A stretch of DNA of 64,000 nt from an uncultured Spirochaetota bacterium (GCA_963835575.1 CAWIGG010000002.1:960001-1024000), one strand, 5' to 3'. Positions 11,346 through 20,784 are shown, numbered from the stretch's first letter. The notes: generated from the sequence alone by a model not told the origin. A program made the numbers and translations.

Positions 11346-12452
11346 ATGCCTAATGAAGTATTAATTTATTTTCTTGCGAATATATTTCTTAATAGTATTT
11401 TAGCGTTCAGTATCAGCGTATTGACGGTAGAGTTTTTTATTTTCATACTCAGATTAAATAGAAAGAAAATGTTTAAGACCATATATTTTCTGAGAATGCT
11501 GCCTTTTATAAAAATTATTTATGATGTCATATTTAATTTTAAAATTTCATCCTGGGCAGTAGCAAACGGCATCGATATAATTAATCGTATACCCAATTCC
11601 ATGACGATGCATATCGGAGCAGGTCTAATTAAACCTTTTATTCCAATATTTTATTACCTCGATTTTTCAATTTATCATATGTATACAGTAAGTCTCGCAG
11701 ATATGTTTACTCAATATATAGGTTTTGATTATACATTTTTCCTGGTTTTAATATTACTAACCGTTTCACTATCTATGGTGTTATATTATGGGATTAGACA
11801 AATCTATTCTTATATTACTATAAAGATCATGGCCAATTCTTCCCATCCTTCTAACAGATTGATAAATAATGATATTCTCCTCAAACAGCTGAAAAGGAAA
11901 AATGTTGAGATTTTAGTTTCTCCGGCAAAAGGTTTTTCCCCTTTTTCATTTGGAATAATACATCCTGAAATTATAATTCCCAGTGAGTTTTATAAAAAAT
12001 TGACAGATGATGAATATGAAGCATTGCTGACTCATGAAATAGGTCATATAGGCTGGTGGAATACAATAACAAGCATATTATTATTATTTATGAAATCATT
12101 TTTCTGGTTTATACCATTTATACATTTTTATATAAAAAAGATCAATTTAATAAAAGAGCTTGCTTGTGATGTAAACTGCATGAAATACTATTGTAATACT
12201 TTAACAGTGGCTGAATTATTAAAGAAAGCAGCCTATTATGTCCAAAAACCTTTATTTTCCACAGCTTCACCATTATTTACAGCATCATCGCCATTATTGC
12301 TCCGGGTAAAAACATTATTAGACCTCTCGATGTTTAAACCGGGTGAAAATTCAAAGGATTTCCTTTTTAAAACAATATCAAGTATAGTTATTCTCATCAT
12401 ATCTTTTTTAATATCTTTCTTTGTGTTAAATAGCAGATTTGGAATAATTTAA
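11346..12452 (+). CDS. M56 family (BlaR1-like) membrane metallopeptidase without penicillin-binding domain
   Basis: Several TM helices, SPFSFG..P.I..P, HEIGH zinc motif, FWF.P, ELACD. Confidence 0.87.
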   Translation: MPNEVLIYFLANIFLNSILAFSISVLTVEFFIFILRLNRKKMFKTIYFLRMLPFIKIIYDVIFNFKISSWAVANGIDIINRIPNSMTMHIGAGLIKPFIPIFYYLDFSIYHMYTVSLADMFTQYIGFDYTFFLVLILLTVSLSMVLYYGIRQIYSYITIKIMANSSHPSNRLINNDILLKQLKRKNVEILVSPAKGFSPFSFGIIHPEIIIPSEFYKKLTDDEYEALLTHEIGHIGWWNTITSILLLFMKSFFWFIPFIHFYIKKINLIKELACDVNCMKYYCNTLTVAELLKKAAYYVQKPLFSTASPLFTASSPLLLRVKTLLDLSMFKPGENSKDFLFKTISSIVILIISFLISFFVLNSRFGII

Positions 12453-12482
12453 ATTTCAAAATAGGAAGGGATGGTTTTTTAA

Positions 12483-12510
12483 TTGAAATACTACAGAGGT
12501 AGTATAAAAT
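12483..12510 (+). promoter_or_regulatory. second BlaI-type operator overlapping a candidate promoter
   Basis: ATACTACAGAGGTAGTAT (12488-12505) is 16/18 identical to the first operator. TTGAAA(12483)-16 nt-TAAAAT(12505). Confidence 0.7.
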
Positions 12511-12538
12511 TCATAGCAAGCAGAAATAAGAACTGGGG

Positions 12539-12579
12539 AAAGCAAGCTGGTCCTACCTCCTACCAGCTTGCTTTTTTTT
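12539..12579 (+). terminator. intrinsic terminator with anti-SD loop; 3' end of candidate sRNA
   Basis: 13-bp stem AAAGCAAGCTGGT/ACCAGCTTGCTTT, loop CCTACCTCCT, T8 run. Confidence 0.85.
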
Positions 12580-12739
12580 AATTTGAAAGCTATAATATTA
12601 AACTGTTGTTTTTCATAGGGTATGTTATGCAGATATTTTGGCTCATCATATTGTTTTTTATATTTATTTAAGCAGCCCGTTATATTCTCAAATCGAATAT
12701 AAAATACTCAATTCATTTTAATAAAAAATGGAGAATCTG

Positions 12740-13663
12740 ATGCGTAAATATTTAATTGTCAGCTTAATAATAGTTTTCATCCCTTTAATGATTCATGCTG
12801 TCGATAAGATAAATGATGATTATACTGAAACAAATTTAAATAGTTTGCATTCTTTCGGGCTTCTCAGCTATGGTTTTCACAGTAACACATTCCATTTAAA
12901 TTATTTTTATTTAAGGTATAATTTAACTGTCAGCGATCTGCAATTTTTTACAACATTGAACGGATTTAAGGATACTCATATTCCCGAAACCAACTATAAT
13001 ATGAATATTCTCAATAATATCAGTTTATATGATTATGGAATAACATACCGTTTTCTCAATATGATGTTCTTGTCTCTCAGGGGCGCAGCAGTTTACAGAT
13101 TAAATTATGAATCAATCCTTTTGTTTACACCCTATTACTTTTCTGATAATCCGACACAATTTGATGCTCCGGCACAGTATATTCCAGAATTTACCACAGC
13201 TCCGGGAATACGTTTTGGTATAAAAACTGAATCTTTAGAAATCGGTTATTCTCAGGGAGATTTCAGGCATTTAATTCCTTCAGCAGTTATACTTCGTTAT
13301 ACCGGTGATAATTTTTATATTAAAGGAACCATTCAGTATGAACATGCTAATCCGGCAATCTTTGAACCTGAGAATTTTCATATATATGGTCAGTTAAGTT
13401 CAATGATAAATTATCCCGTAGGAGATTTTAATATTATCTGTATTGCTGAAATAACGACATATTATCAAAACAGAACCTGGCTGAGACTTGAAGAAGGCTT
13501 AAAATACGCTGGTATAACTCTAGGTATCAGAGAATTAATGGTAAACGATCTATATACTCTATATGAGTTTTCAATAAAAAAAGAGCTTTATGAATTAGCA
13601 AGCATAGGATTTCTTTTTTCCACTGATGGAAGAATCTATGCGGCAACAGAAATTAATTTTTAA
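12740..13663 (+). CDS. exported hypothetical protein, probable outer-membrane beta-barrel
   Basis: GGAG SD before ATG 12740, signal peptide, aromatic-rich beta pattern, C-terminal Phe. Candidate promoter TTGCTT(12568)-17-TATAAT(12591). Confidence 0.6.
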   Translation: MRKYLIVSLIIVFIPLMIHAVDKINDDYTETNLNSLHSFGLLSYGFHSNTFHLNYFYLRYNLTVSDLQFFTTLNGFKDTHIPETNYNMNILNNISLYDYGITYRFLNMMFLSLRGAAVYRLNYESILLFTPYYFSDNPTQFDAPAQYIPEFTTAPGIRFGIKTESLEIGYSQGDFRHLIPSAVILRYTGDNFYIKGTIQYEHANPAIFEPENFHIYGQLSSMINYPVGDFNIICIAEITTYYQNRTWLRLEEGLKYAGITLGIRELMVNDLYTLYEFSIKKELYELASIGFLFSTDGRIYAATEINF

Positions 13664-13872
13664 GATTTAATTCTAATTGGATTAAGGGCTTTTATATATA
13701 TCATATGTTTTGCAGTACAGTAGATATTTATAGAATACATCTATTTGTTTAAATGTTTCATTTGAAAGAAGATTGAAGACTTGAACACAGTGTTTTAAAG
13801 ACCGAAGAAATTAATTTATAGATCTGTTCCTGTAAACATAATCCAATATTTCAACTCTTATATTTGTTTTAT

Positions 13873-13901
13873 TTGACTTAGAAAAAAGCCTATTTTATAA
13901 T
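13873..13901 (+). promoter_or_regulatory. promoter of tRNA-Leu
   Basis: TTGACT-17 nt-TATAAT just upstream of the tRNA. Confidence 0.65.
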
Positions 13902-13915
13902 TACTTCTTATTTAT

Positions 13916-13999
13916 GCCGGGGTGGTGGAATTGGTAGACACGCTAGCTTGAGGGGCTAGTGGGCGTTAGCCTGTGTGAGTTCAAGTCTCGTCCCCGGCA
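13916..13999 (+). tRNA. tRNA-Leu(GAG)
   Basis: Acceptor GCCGGGG/CCCCGGC, anticodon arm CTAGC-TTGAGGG-GCTAG, long variable arm, TTCAAGT loop; CCA not encoded. Confidence 0.97.
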
Positions 14000-14003
14000 T
14001 TTT

Positions 14004-14690
14004 TTAGTGCTGTTTTTTTCTCCGGCTGGATCTGAACCTTGTAGTTAGAGGGACTTCTATTCTTGATAGCGTGATTCCATTGGTAGTACCGATCCGGAAC
14101 AGGCTTACATCCAGATTGGCTTTTTTAAGTAAAATTGCTATTAAAGCCAGCCCCATTTTCTCATCGTACGGGTCATATTCGATCATATTGTTATAATCAA
14201 GTAAATCAACATAAATCATTGATTTTTGAAGCTTCATTCTTATTTGCCTTTCTTCAATACCGACAATCGGGGAATTATTTGTGATCTCGAATTTTATACC
14301 ATGTTTGCTATGGCGGATGTTGAATTTTACCCAGAGGTCGTTTAAAGCCAGTTCGGAATAATATTTTTTTGCATCATTTCTTTCAATCATGTCTTTGAAT
14401 TGTGTAATACCAGAAACATAATCAGCAATATTATTAATATTGAGGTTGCTTTTTTCAAAAAATAATGATTTGACATTGGTCATTATTGCATTAAGAAGCA
14501 GTTCTTTTATACAAAAATAAATGACATCGACTAAATCGCTTCTTTTATATTTATTGAAAATGGTTTCAACAGATTTTCTAATCAAAGCATTACTATCTTT
14601 ATCATTATTATAGAATTTAATTGTGATTGGTTTGCCATTATCTATTTTGTCAATGTAAGGCTTTTTTTTTAAATCCACCCTTAACTCCAA
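14004..14690 (-). CDS. hypothetical protein with degenerate HATPase-like motifs
   Basis: KELLLNA (N-box-like) and KMGLAL (degenerate G-box); start uncertain (TTG). Confidence 0.5.
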   Translation of the reverse strand: MELRVDLKKKPYIDKIDNGKPITIKFYNNDKDSNALIRKSVETIFNKYKRSDLVDVIYFCIKELLLNAIMTNVKSLFFEKSNLNINNIADYVSGITQFKDMIERNDAKKYYSELALNDLWVKFNIRHSKHGIKFEITNNSPIVGIEERQIRMKLQKSMIYVDLLDYNNMIEYDPYDEKMGLALIAILLKKANLDVSLFRIGTTNGITLSRIEVPLTTRFRSSRRKKQH

Positions 14691-14863
14691 GAATGAACTT
14701 ATTCAGATTATAAAGCAAAATAAAAAAATGTCTATGCTTATTTAATAAATTTTTAAATATATGATAATTATTAGTCATAGAAGATGATTAAATATTTTAA
14801 ATATTATATTTTTTGAAATTTAATGAAAATAACGATAAGATTATGATGGAGTATGGTTAATAT

Positions 14864-15235
14864 ATGAAAAAAATATTCATATGGAATCTATTAATACTTA
14901 TTATAGTTTTTTTATTTATGCAATGTACCCAAAATGGTTCTATTAAAACCGATGAATTTATTTATATCATTGATGTTTATTCTGGAGAAGTTGAATTTTC
15001 TCATAATGAAGGGAAGGAATGGAAGAATGTTGAAGCCGGGATGACATTAGTCGAAAATGATATATTAAAAACGGGAGCAAATTCTTTTTGTGATATTATT
15101 ATGCCGAACAGGGGAATATTCAGAGTGGCAGGAAATTCGGTTATTTCATTAAAGTACCTGAGAAAGGAAATAGAAAGCATTAATATAAAAAAAGGAAAGC
15201 AGTATCTGCTGGACCTGGAAAAAAAGTACAGTTAA
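14864..15235 (+). CDS. short or truncated FecR-domain exported protein
   Basis: Signal/lipoprotein-like N-terminus; SGEV..W..GM.L...D..KTG.NS FecR pattern; ends abruptly overlapping the convergent FHA gene. Confidence 0.6.
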   Translation: MKKIFIWNLLILIIVFLFMQCTQNGSIKTDEFIYIIDVYSGEVEFSHNEGKEWKNVEAGMTLVENDILKTGANSFCDIIMPNRGIFRVAGNSVISLKYLRKEIESINIKKGKQYLLDLEKKYS

Positions 15236-15603
15236 TTAATTTTTTCAGGGGATTTCGATTCAAACGCATTTATGGTAAATTTTGTATTTCCTATGCGGAT
15301 TTCATCACCGGCTGAAAGATATCTTTTTTCATTCCGCTGGAGCGGATCGTTATTCACATATGTGCAATTGGTACTCTTCAAATCTCTGATGACAAGGCCT
15401 TCCCCAATTTGTTCTAATAAGGCATGCCGCCGTGATACCAGGGGATCATCCAGTACAATATCGCATTTCATATCCCTGCCAATATAGATTTTCCGCATCA
15501 CCACAACTTGATTGTTCATGTATTTCAATAAATACTGGTTTGACCTCTTTACCTTTGCGATCTTCTTCCCTTCATCACTCCGCTTATAAACGGTTTCCTC
15601 CAT
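15232..15603 (-). CDS. FHA domain protein
   Basis: IGR..CDIVL.DP.VSRRHA, DL.STN.TYVN, L..GD.I.IG. GGAG SD before ATG 15603; the ORF-track extension runs into the IS. Confidence 0.88.
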   Translation of the reverse strand: MEETVYKRSDEGKKIAKVKRSNQYLLKYMNNQVVVMRKIYIGRDMKCDIVLDDPLVSRRHALLEQIGEGLVIRDLKSTNCTYVNNDPLQRNEKRYLSAGDEIRIGNTKFTINAFESKSPEKIN

Positions 15604-15635
15604 AATAGGTCTCCGATGGAATACGATAATATTAT

Positions 15636-16919
15636 GGGCGGTTTGAAAAACCCACGTATCATATACAAATAGTATATAAAAACATATAATCATAGTCAAA
15701 GAAAACAGAGGTAAGGCTATGACAAAAATTAAGCGGAAAGACCGTAACTTGTTTGAATATCAGGAGCGGATGGAAAAGCTAAGCGGCGTAAAAACACCGC
15801 TGGATAAGCTTAACAGAGTTGTAGACTTTGAGATGTTCCGGCCGCTGTTAACAGAGATTTTGGCGCCGAAAGAGCAGAAGGCGCCGGGTGGAGCGCCACA
15901 TTATGACTATGTTTTCATGTTCAAGATACTGATATTCCAGAGGTATTACAATCTTTCCGATGAGCAAGCGGAATTTCAGATCAATGACAGGTTATCCGTT
16001 CAGCGATATCTTGGGATAACACTTTCGGACAAAGTTCCGGACTACAGTAAAATCTGGGAATTCAAGGAAAAACTGACGAAAGCGAAAGCAATAGAGAAAC
16101 TTTTTAAAATATTCGATGAGAATCTTGAGAATAAAGGTGTGATAGGGAAAGCGGGCGTTATGGTAGACGCAAGTTTTGTGGATGTTCCCCGGCAGAGGAA
16201 CAGCCGCGAAGAAAACAAGAAAATAAAAGAAGGCGAGGTTCCGGAAGATTGGAAAGATAATACGCATAAGCTTTCCCATAAAGACACGGATGCGCGCTGG
16301 ATGACCAAGAATAAAGAGAGGCATTACGGATACAAAAACCATACAAAGGTTGATGTGAAGTCAAAACTTATTCGTTCTTATGTCACGACAGATGCGAGCG
16401 TTCACGATTCACAGGTAGTTGAACCTCTATTGAATGAGAAAGACAAAGGGAAGCCGTTTTACGCGGACAGCGCATATGTTGGCCCAACGGTAGCAGGAAT
16501 ATTAGAAAAATTTGAGATGAAAAACCGGATTCACGAAAAAGGATACAGAAATAAGCCATTGACGGAGAAGCAGAAAGAAAAAAATAGAAGAAAGAGCCGC
16601 ATCCGAGTTCGTGTTGAGCATGTTTTTGGTTTTGTTGAAAATAGTATGAACGGCAGTACAATACGATCGATAGGAAAAGAAAGGGCAGAGAGCCAAATCG
16701 GGCTGATGAATCTGGTTTATAATTTAGCACGGTATGTTGTGGTAAAAGGTCGAATTGCGTCTTGTGCGGCTTAAAATACAGAAGATATGGATAATATTGC
16801 CCGTGTTTGGCTGAATTTTGGTAATAGAAACAGTTTTTAACCTGTTGGCAGAAATATTTTGAAAATATTTTCTATTATCAGGGAAGTGTTGATAAATTAG
16901 GCGGTTTTTAAAACCGCCC
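15636..16919 (+). mobile_element. complete IS5-family insertion sequence (1284 bp)
   Basis: TIRs GGGCGGTTTGAAAAACC (15636-52) and GGTTTTTAAAACCGCCC (16903-19), 16/17 match; 4-bp target duplication TTAT on both sides. Confidence 0.95.
15719..16774 (+). CDS. IS5 family transposase
   Basis: YNLSDEQ.E, VDAS, DTDARW..K...YGYKNH, ADSAY, RVRVEHVFG. Confidence 0.95.
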   Translation: MTKIKRKDRNLFEYQERMEKLSGVKTPLDKLNRVVDFEMFRPLLTEILAPKEQKAPGGAPHYDYVFMFKILIFQRYYNLSDEQAEFQINDRLSVQRYLGITLSDKVPDYSKIWEFKEKLTKAKAIEKLFKIFDENLENKGVIGKAGVMVDASFVDVPRQRNSREENKKIKEGEVPEDWKDNTHKLSHKDTDARWMTKNKERHYGYKNHTKVDVKSKLIRSYVTTDASVHDSQVVEPLLNEKDKGKPFYADSAYVGPTVAGILEKFEMKNRIHEKGYRNKPLTEKQKEKNRRKSRIRVRVEHVFGFVENSMNGSTIRSIGKERAESQIGLMNLVYNLARYVVVKGRIASCAA

Positions 16920-16938
16920 TTATATTATAGAAACTCAT

Positions 16939-17144
16939 ATGGGGTGGACTCAGAATTCGGAAAAATTTGTAAGCTGATAAATAATATTCTTGTCTATCAT
17001 ATTATAATATATGTAGTTAATAATTTCATCAATTTCTGATAATAAATTAAAATCTATGATTTTATAGGGTTATTTAATTCTTTATTAAGCAATAAAATAA
17101 AATTCTTAACGTACTATAAATTATGTTTTCTGTGTCCACTCCAT
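16939..17144. mobile_element. possible MITE or IS remnant
   Basis: Inverted termini ATGGGGTGGACTCAGAA / TTCTGTGTCCACTCCAT (15/17) around AT-rich DNA; no TSD seen. Confidence 0.4.
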
Positions 17145-17345
17145 CAATAATTTGTTTGATTCAGATAACATCTTTTTAGAATCTTCTGTTTGGTTTATAA
17201 GATGAACTGTAAGAATTTAAAAAAATCTTTATATTCTTCAAGAATTTTTAATCGAATTTATCTCCTTTTTCATCTAAATCTCGATATTCATAATCACTAT
17301 CATCTGTTAAAATTACTGAAAAGCCGTCAGGTATGTTCCATTTGG

Positions 17346-17465
17346 TGTTGACTGACAAAAAAGTTCTTAATCAGTGCACAACTTTATTTCATAAATTAAT
17401 AACAATTATTCCTGTATCTTATTTAATTAATCGAGTTTAGTGTACCACTTTCTTGTCCGTCAACA
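17346..17465. mobile_element. possible 120-bp MITE or IS remnant with TG...CA ends
   Basis: TGTTGACTGACAAAAAAGT / ACTTTCTTGTCCGTCAACA (17/19); no TSD seen. Confidence 0.45.
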
Positions 17466-17554
17466 TTACTGATTAATATTTGTGAAAATAGTCCCTTAAC
17501 AAAACGAAGGAAATAATATTCTGACCCCTTCTAAAACACAATTGCGAAATAATT

Positions 17555-17583
17555 TTGACAATAAAATTCTTGCTGCTTACAAT
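17555..17583 (+). promoter_or_regulatory. promoter of the btu/cob operon
   Basis: TTGACA-17 nt-TACAAT directly upstream of the riboswitch. Confidence 0.7.
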
Positions 17584-17592
17584 AATCGCAGA

Positions 17593-17771
17593 AAATAGAT
17601 AGGTGAATTTAGAAGGCTATTGCCTTTCAATTTTAATAGGAAAGATGGTGCAAATCCATCACGGTCCCGCCGCTGTAACCGGGGACGAAATCTATAACAG
17701 CCACTGGGTTTATCCTGGGAAGGCATAGAGAGTAGATGGATCCGGGAGTCAGAAAGCCTGCCTGACTATTC
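17593..17771 (+). ncRNA. cobalamin riboswitch 1
   Basis: AATAGGAAAGATGGTGCAAATCCATCACGGTCCCGCCGCTGT, GCCACTG...GGGAAGG, GAGTCAGAAAGCCTGCC. Downstream hairpin CCTCATGG/CTATGAGG sequesters the btuF SD. Confidence 0.95.
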
Positions 17772-17864
17772 ATAACCATAGTATTGCCATCCCGGAATGG
17801 CAGTATTCTACAGGGTAAAGAAAGCTGGGTGCACCCTCATGGTTTTTTACTATGAGGATATTGT

Positions 17865-18725
17865 ATGACAAAGATGCGTTTTTTTATCCTGAAATCTATT
17901 TTTTCAATCCTTTTCATTCTAGCAGATCCTTTCTTTTTGTTTTCCAATGAATATCAGCGCATTGTTTCACTGGGACCTGTTTTAACCGAAGAGCTTTATT
18001 TGCTGGGCGCAGATAGCCGCTTGATTGCTGACACTACTTATTGTATTCATCCGGAGGCGGCAAAAAATAAAACCAAAGCGGGAACTATTGTTGATATTGA
18101 TGTGGAAAAAACGGCCTATCTCAAGCCCGACCTTATCCTTGCTACAGGGCTGTCTGACCCGAATCAGCTTGAAAAGCTGAAAAAATTGGGCATTCATGTG
18201 GAAGTTTTCCTTCAGCCTAAGGATTATGATGAAATATGCACTCAATTTCTCCGACTGGCAAAACTTTGCAGCAGAGAAAAAGCGGCTGTTAAAATGGTCC
18301 GGAAAGCGAAAACGGAAGTTGAAAAAATACGAATTGCCGCGTCAAAACTGCCGGCGAAGAAGGTCTTTGTCCAGATCGGCTCCGAGCCTTTGTTCACCGT
18401 CAGTAAAGATTCCTTTATCCATGATTTTATTAAACTAGGCAATGGAGTCAATATCGCAGCGGATTCCGGCATTGGCTATTTCAGCAGGGAGAAAGTCCTT
18501 CAAGCCGATCCGGATAACATAATCATTTCAGATATGGGAATATCCGGTTCCGCTGAAACACAAAAATGGAACAAATTTCAAACGCTGGCCGCCGTGAAAA
18601 ACCATGCGGTCTTCACCATTGATTCTTATAGCCTCTGCAGCCCAACGCCGCTATCTTTTCCAGGCACTTTAAGGGAAATTACTTTTATGATCCATCCGGA
18701 ACTAAAAAAAGAGGCCCTGAAATGA
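17865..18725 (+). CDS. btuF: cobalamin ABC transporter substrate-binding protein
   Basis: RIVSLGP..TE.LY.LG helical-backbone receptor motifs; riboswitch context. Confidence 0.88.
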   Translation: MTKMRFFILKSIFSILFILADPFFLFSNEYQRIVSLGPVLTEELYLLGADSRLIADTTYCIHPEAAKNKTKAGTIVDIDVEKTAYLKPDLILATGLSDPNQLEKLKKLGIHVEVFLQPKDYDEICTQFLRLAKLCSREKAAVKMVRKAKTEVEKIRIAASKLPAKKVFVQIGSEPLFTVSKDSFIHDFIKLGNGVNIAADSGIGYFSREKVLQADPDNIIISDMGISGSAETQKWNKFQTLAAVKNHAVFTIDSYSLCSPTPLSFPGTLREITFMIHPELKKEALK

Positions 18726-19729
18726 ATAAAAATTGGATAACCAGTCTTGTCTGGATTGCCATTCTTCTGCTGGTGCTGGCGGGTATTGTTCTTTTATCTT
18801 TGTGTACCGGATCATCAGGCATTCCGCTGGGAAAGCTCTGGAGTGCCTTGTTTTCTGGCAAAGCAGGCTTGGAACGGAGTATTCTTCTGGACATTCGGCT
18901 GCCGAGGATTGTACTCGGTTTCGCGGTCGGCGGCTCGCTGGGCCTGGCGGGCGTGATTTTACAGGGGCTTTTCCGGAACCCCCTTGTCGAGCCTTACACG
19001 CTGGGTATTTCGGGCGGCGCTGCCCTGGGAATCAGCTTTTGCATCGCTTTCAATATTAACCTGGCATTGGGTATCTTTTTTCTTCCGGCTTTTGGTTTTA
19101 TCGGGGCCTTGGGAGTGATTCTTCTGCTTTATTTTCTCGGGTGGAAGCGTAAAAGTCTTCCGGTCCAGAATATTCTCCTGCTGGGCGTTATGGTTACATT
19201 TATTTCTTCATCCTTACTCATGCTGATTATGTCTTTGTCCCGCGCGGAAAACCTTCAGAAAATCATCTTTTGGATGATGGGTTCATTAGAACAGCCGCGA
19301 TGGGAACTAATTTTATTCAGTTGTTTTATTTCCATTATTGGTCTTTTTATTTCGGGATTTTTTTCCACCAGCCTGAACGCGATGGCCTTGGGTGATGAAG
19401 GAGCCTTACATCTCGGTATTGACACGGAACAGACCAGAAAGATATTGTTTGTTATCGCCGCCGTTTTAACAAGCGTCAGTGTTTCGGTGGCGGGCATTAT
19501 CGGATTTGTCGGGCTTCTGGTGCCTCATTTCATGCGGCTGTGGGTCGGGAACGACTACCGGACGCTTTTATTTACGTCTTTTCTGGCGGGAGCTTCTTTT
19601 CTGATCCTTTCCGACACCATCGCCAGAACGATCATTTCTCCGCTGGAACTACCGGTGGGGGTGATTACCGGGCTGATCGGCGGCGTGCTGGTGATTTATA
19701 CCTTAAGCACCCGTAGGAAGGCCTTATGA
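18722..19729 (+). CDS. btuC: cobalamin ABC transporter permease (FecCD family)
   Basis: IRLPR, Q.LFRNPL.EP..LGIS.GA, G.IGFVGL.VPH, ELPVG. Confidence 0.88.
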   Translation: MNKNWITSLVWIAILLLVLAGIVLLSLCTGSSGIPLGKLWSALFSGKAGLERSILLDIRLPRIVLGFAVGGSLGLAGVILQGLFRNPLVEPYTLGISGGAALGISFCIAFNINLALGIFFLPAFGFIGALGVILLLYFLGWKRKSLPVQNILLLGVMVTFISSSLLMLIMSLSRAENLQKIIFWMMGSLEQPRWELILFSCFISIIGLFISGFFSTSLNAMALGDEGALHLGIDTEQTRKILFVIAAVLTSVSVSVAGIIGFVGLLVPHFMRLWVGNDYRTLLFTSFLAGASFLILSDTIARTIISPLELPVGVITGLIGGVLVIYTLSTRRKAL

Positions 19730-20556
19730 AAATACTGGAGCTGAATGGCTTAAAAGCCGGCTATGGTGGGCAGTTTTATCTGGATGGGATTGACCTCAAA
19801 ATCGAAAAAGGTGAAATAATCGGAATCATCGGGCCGAACGGCTCGGGCAAAACCACGCTTTTACGGGCTGTCAGCCGGATATTAAAACCGGAAAGCGGTA
19901 GAGTGTCGTTAAACGGGCAAAATATCTGGCAGATGAGAATGAATGACTTTGCCCAAAAAGTCGCTGTTGTGTCTCAACAGCCCGAGGCCGTCGATATGAA
20001 AGTCCGTGAATATGTGCTGATGGGAAGGCTTCCTTATCTGAAGGCTTTTCAGTTTTATGAGACCAGGAAAGATGAAAAAATCGCGGATCATTATCTATAC
20101 TTGACGGGAATTTCCGAATTGAAAGACAAGCTCTTTTTAGAAATCAGCGGCGGTGAAAGGCAGTTGGCGCAGATTGCCCGGGCACTGACGCAGGAGCCGG
20201 AAGTCCTTCTTCTGGATGAGCCGACATCGCATTTGGACATCAAGCACCAGGTGGAAATACTGGATTTAATCAGAAGGTTCAATAAAGACCTGGGGATTAC
20301 CATTGTGATGGTCATGCATGATCTGAACCTTGCCGCCGAATATTGCGGCAGGCTTTTGATGATGAACAATGGCAAAGCGGCGCGGCTTGGAACGCCCGAA
20401 GAAGTGCTGACATACCAGCAGATTGAAGAAGTTTATCAGACGGTGGTGATCGTACGAAATAATCCGTTGTCGTTGAAACCGTACGTTTTTTTAGTATCGG
20501 AAGAGGAAAAAATAAAAAGCAATAGTCAAGGGAATCCTGTTCAAATCAGGAGCTGA
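19726..20556 (+). CDS. btuD: cobalamin ABC transporter ATP-binding protein
   Basis: GPNGSGKT, ISGGERQ, LLLDEPT, HDLN. Confidence 0.88.
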   Translation: MKILELNGLKAGYGGQFYLDGIDLKIEKGEIIGIIGPNGSGKTTLLRAVSRILKPESGRVSLNGQNIWQMRMNDFAQKVAVVSQQPEAVDMKVREYVLMGRLPYLKAFQFYETRKDEKIADHYLYLTGISELKDKLFLEISGGERQLAQIARALTQEPEVLLLDEPTSHLDIKHQVEILDLIRRFNKDLGITIVMVMHDLNLAAEYCGRLLMMNNGKAARLGTPEEVLTYQQIEEVYQTVVIVRNNPLSLKPYVFLVSEEEKIKSNSQGNPVQIRS

Positions 20557-20682
20557 CCCGCAGCTGTAATCCCGAACGCCCGCCGCCGATCGATCAGCTG
20601 GGCGCAACAGGCCGGAGTTGCCATTGCCTGAAAAGGCGAGAAGGCTGCCTGTTGGGGGAAAGCCAGAAGACCTGCTGTTGCT
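20518..20682 (+). ncRNA. cobalamin riboswitch 2, overlapping the 3' end of btuD
   Basis: AAGGGAATCCTGTTCAAATCAGGAGCTGACCCGCAGCTGT, GCCATTG...GAGAAGG, AAGCCAGAAGACCTGC; P1 AGCAATAG/CTGTTGCT. Confidence 0.9.
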
Positions 20683-20784
20683 GAAATCCTTCGCGGAATA
20701 AGGAGACTGTTATGACAGTGAAAGTTTTAATAACATGAGTTTATAATTAATGGGTGTCCCATCCTTTGTGCTAATTTGCATCAT

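Noticed and set aside
12622..12702. Short hydrophobic ORFs after the anti-SD hairpin (possible type I toxin)
   Set aside because: Only 14 and 26 codons, weak SD, and no complementarity to the hairpin loop.
15604..15699. N-terminal extension of the FHA ORF in the ORF track
   Set aside because: It runs into the IS5 left end; a good SD lies before ATG 15603.
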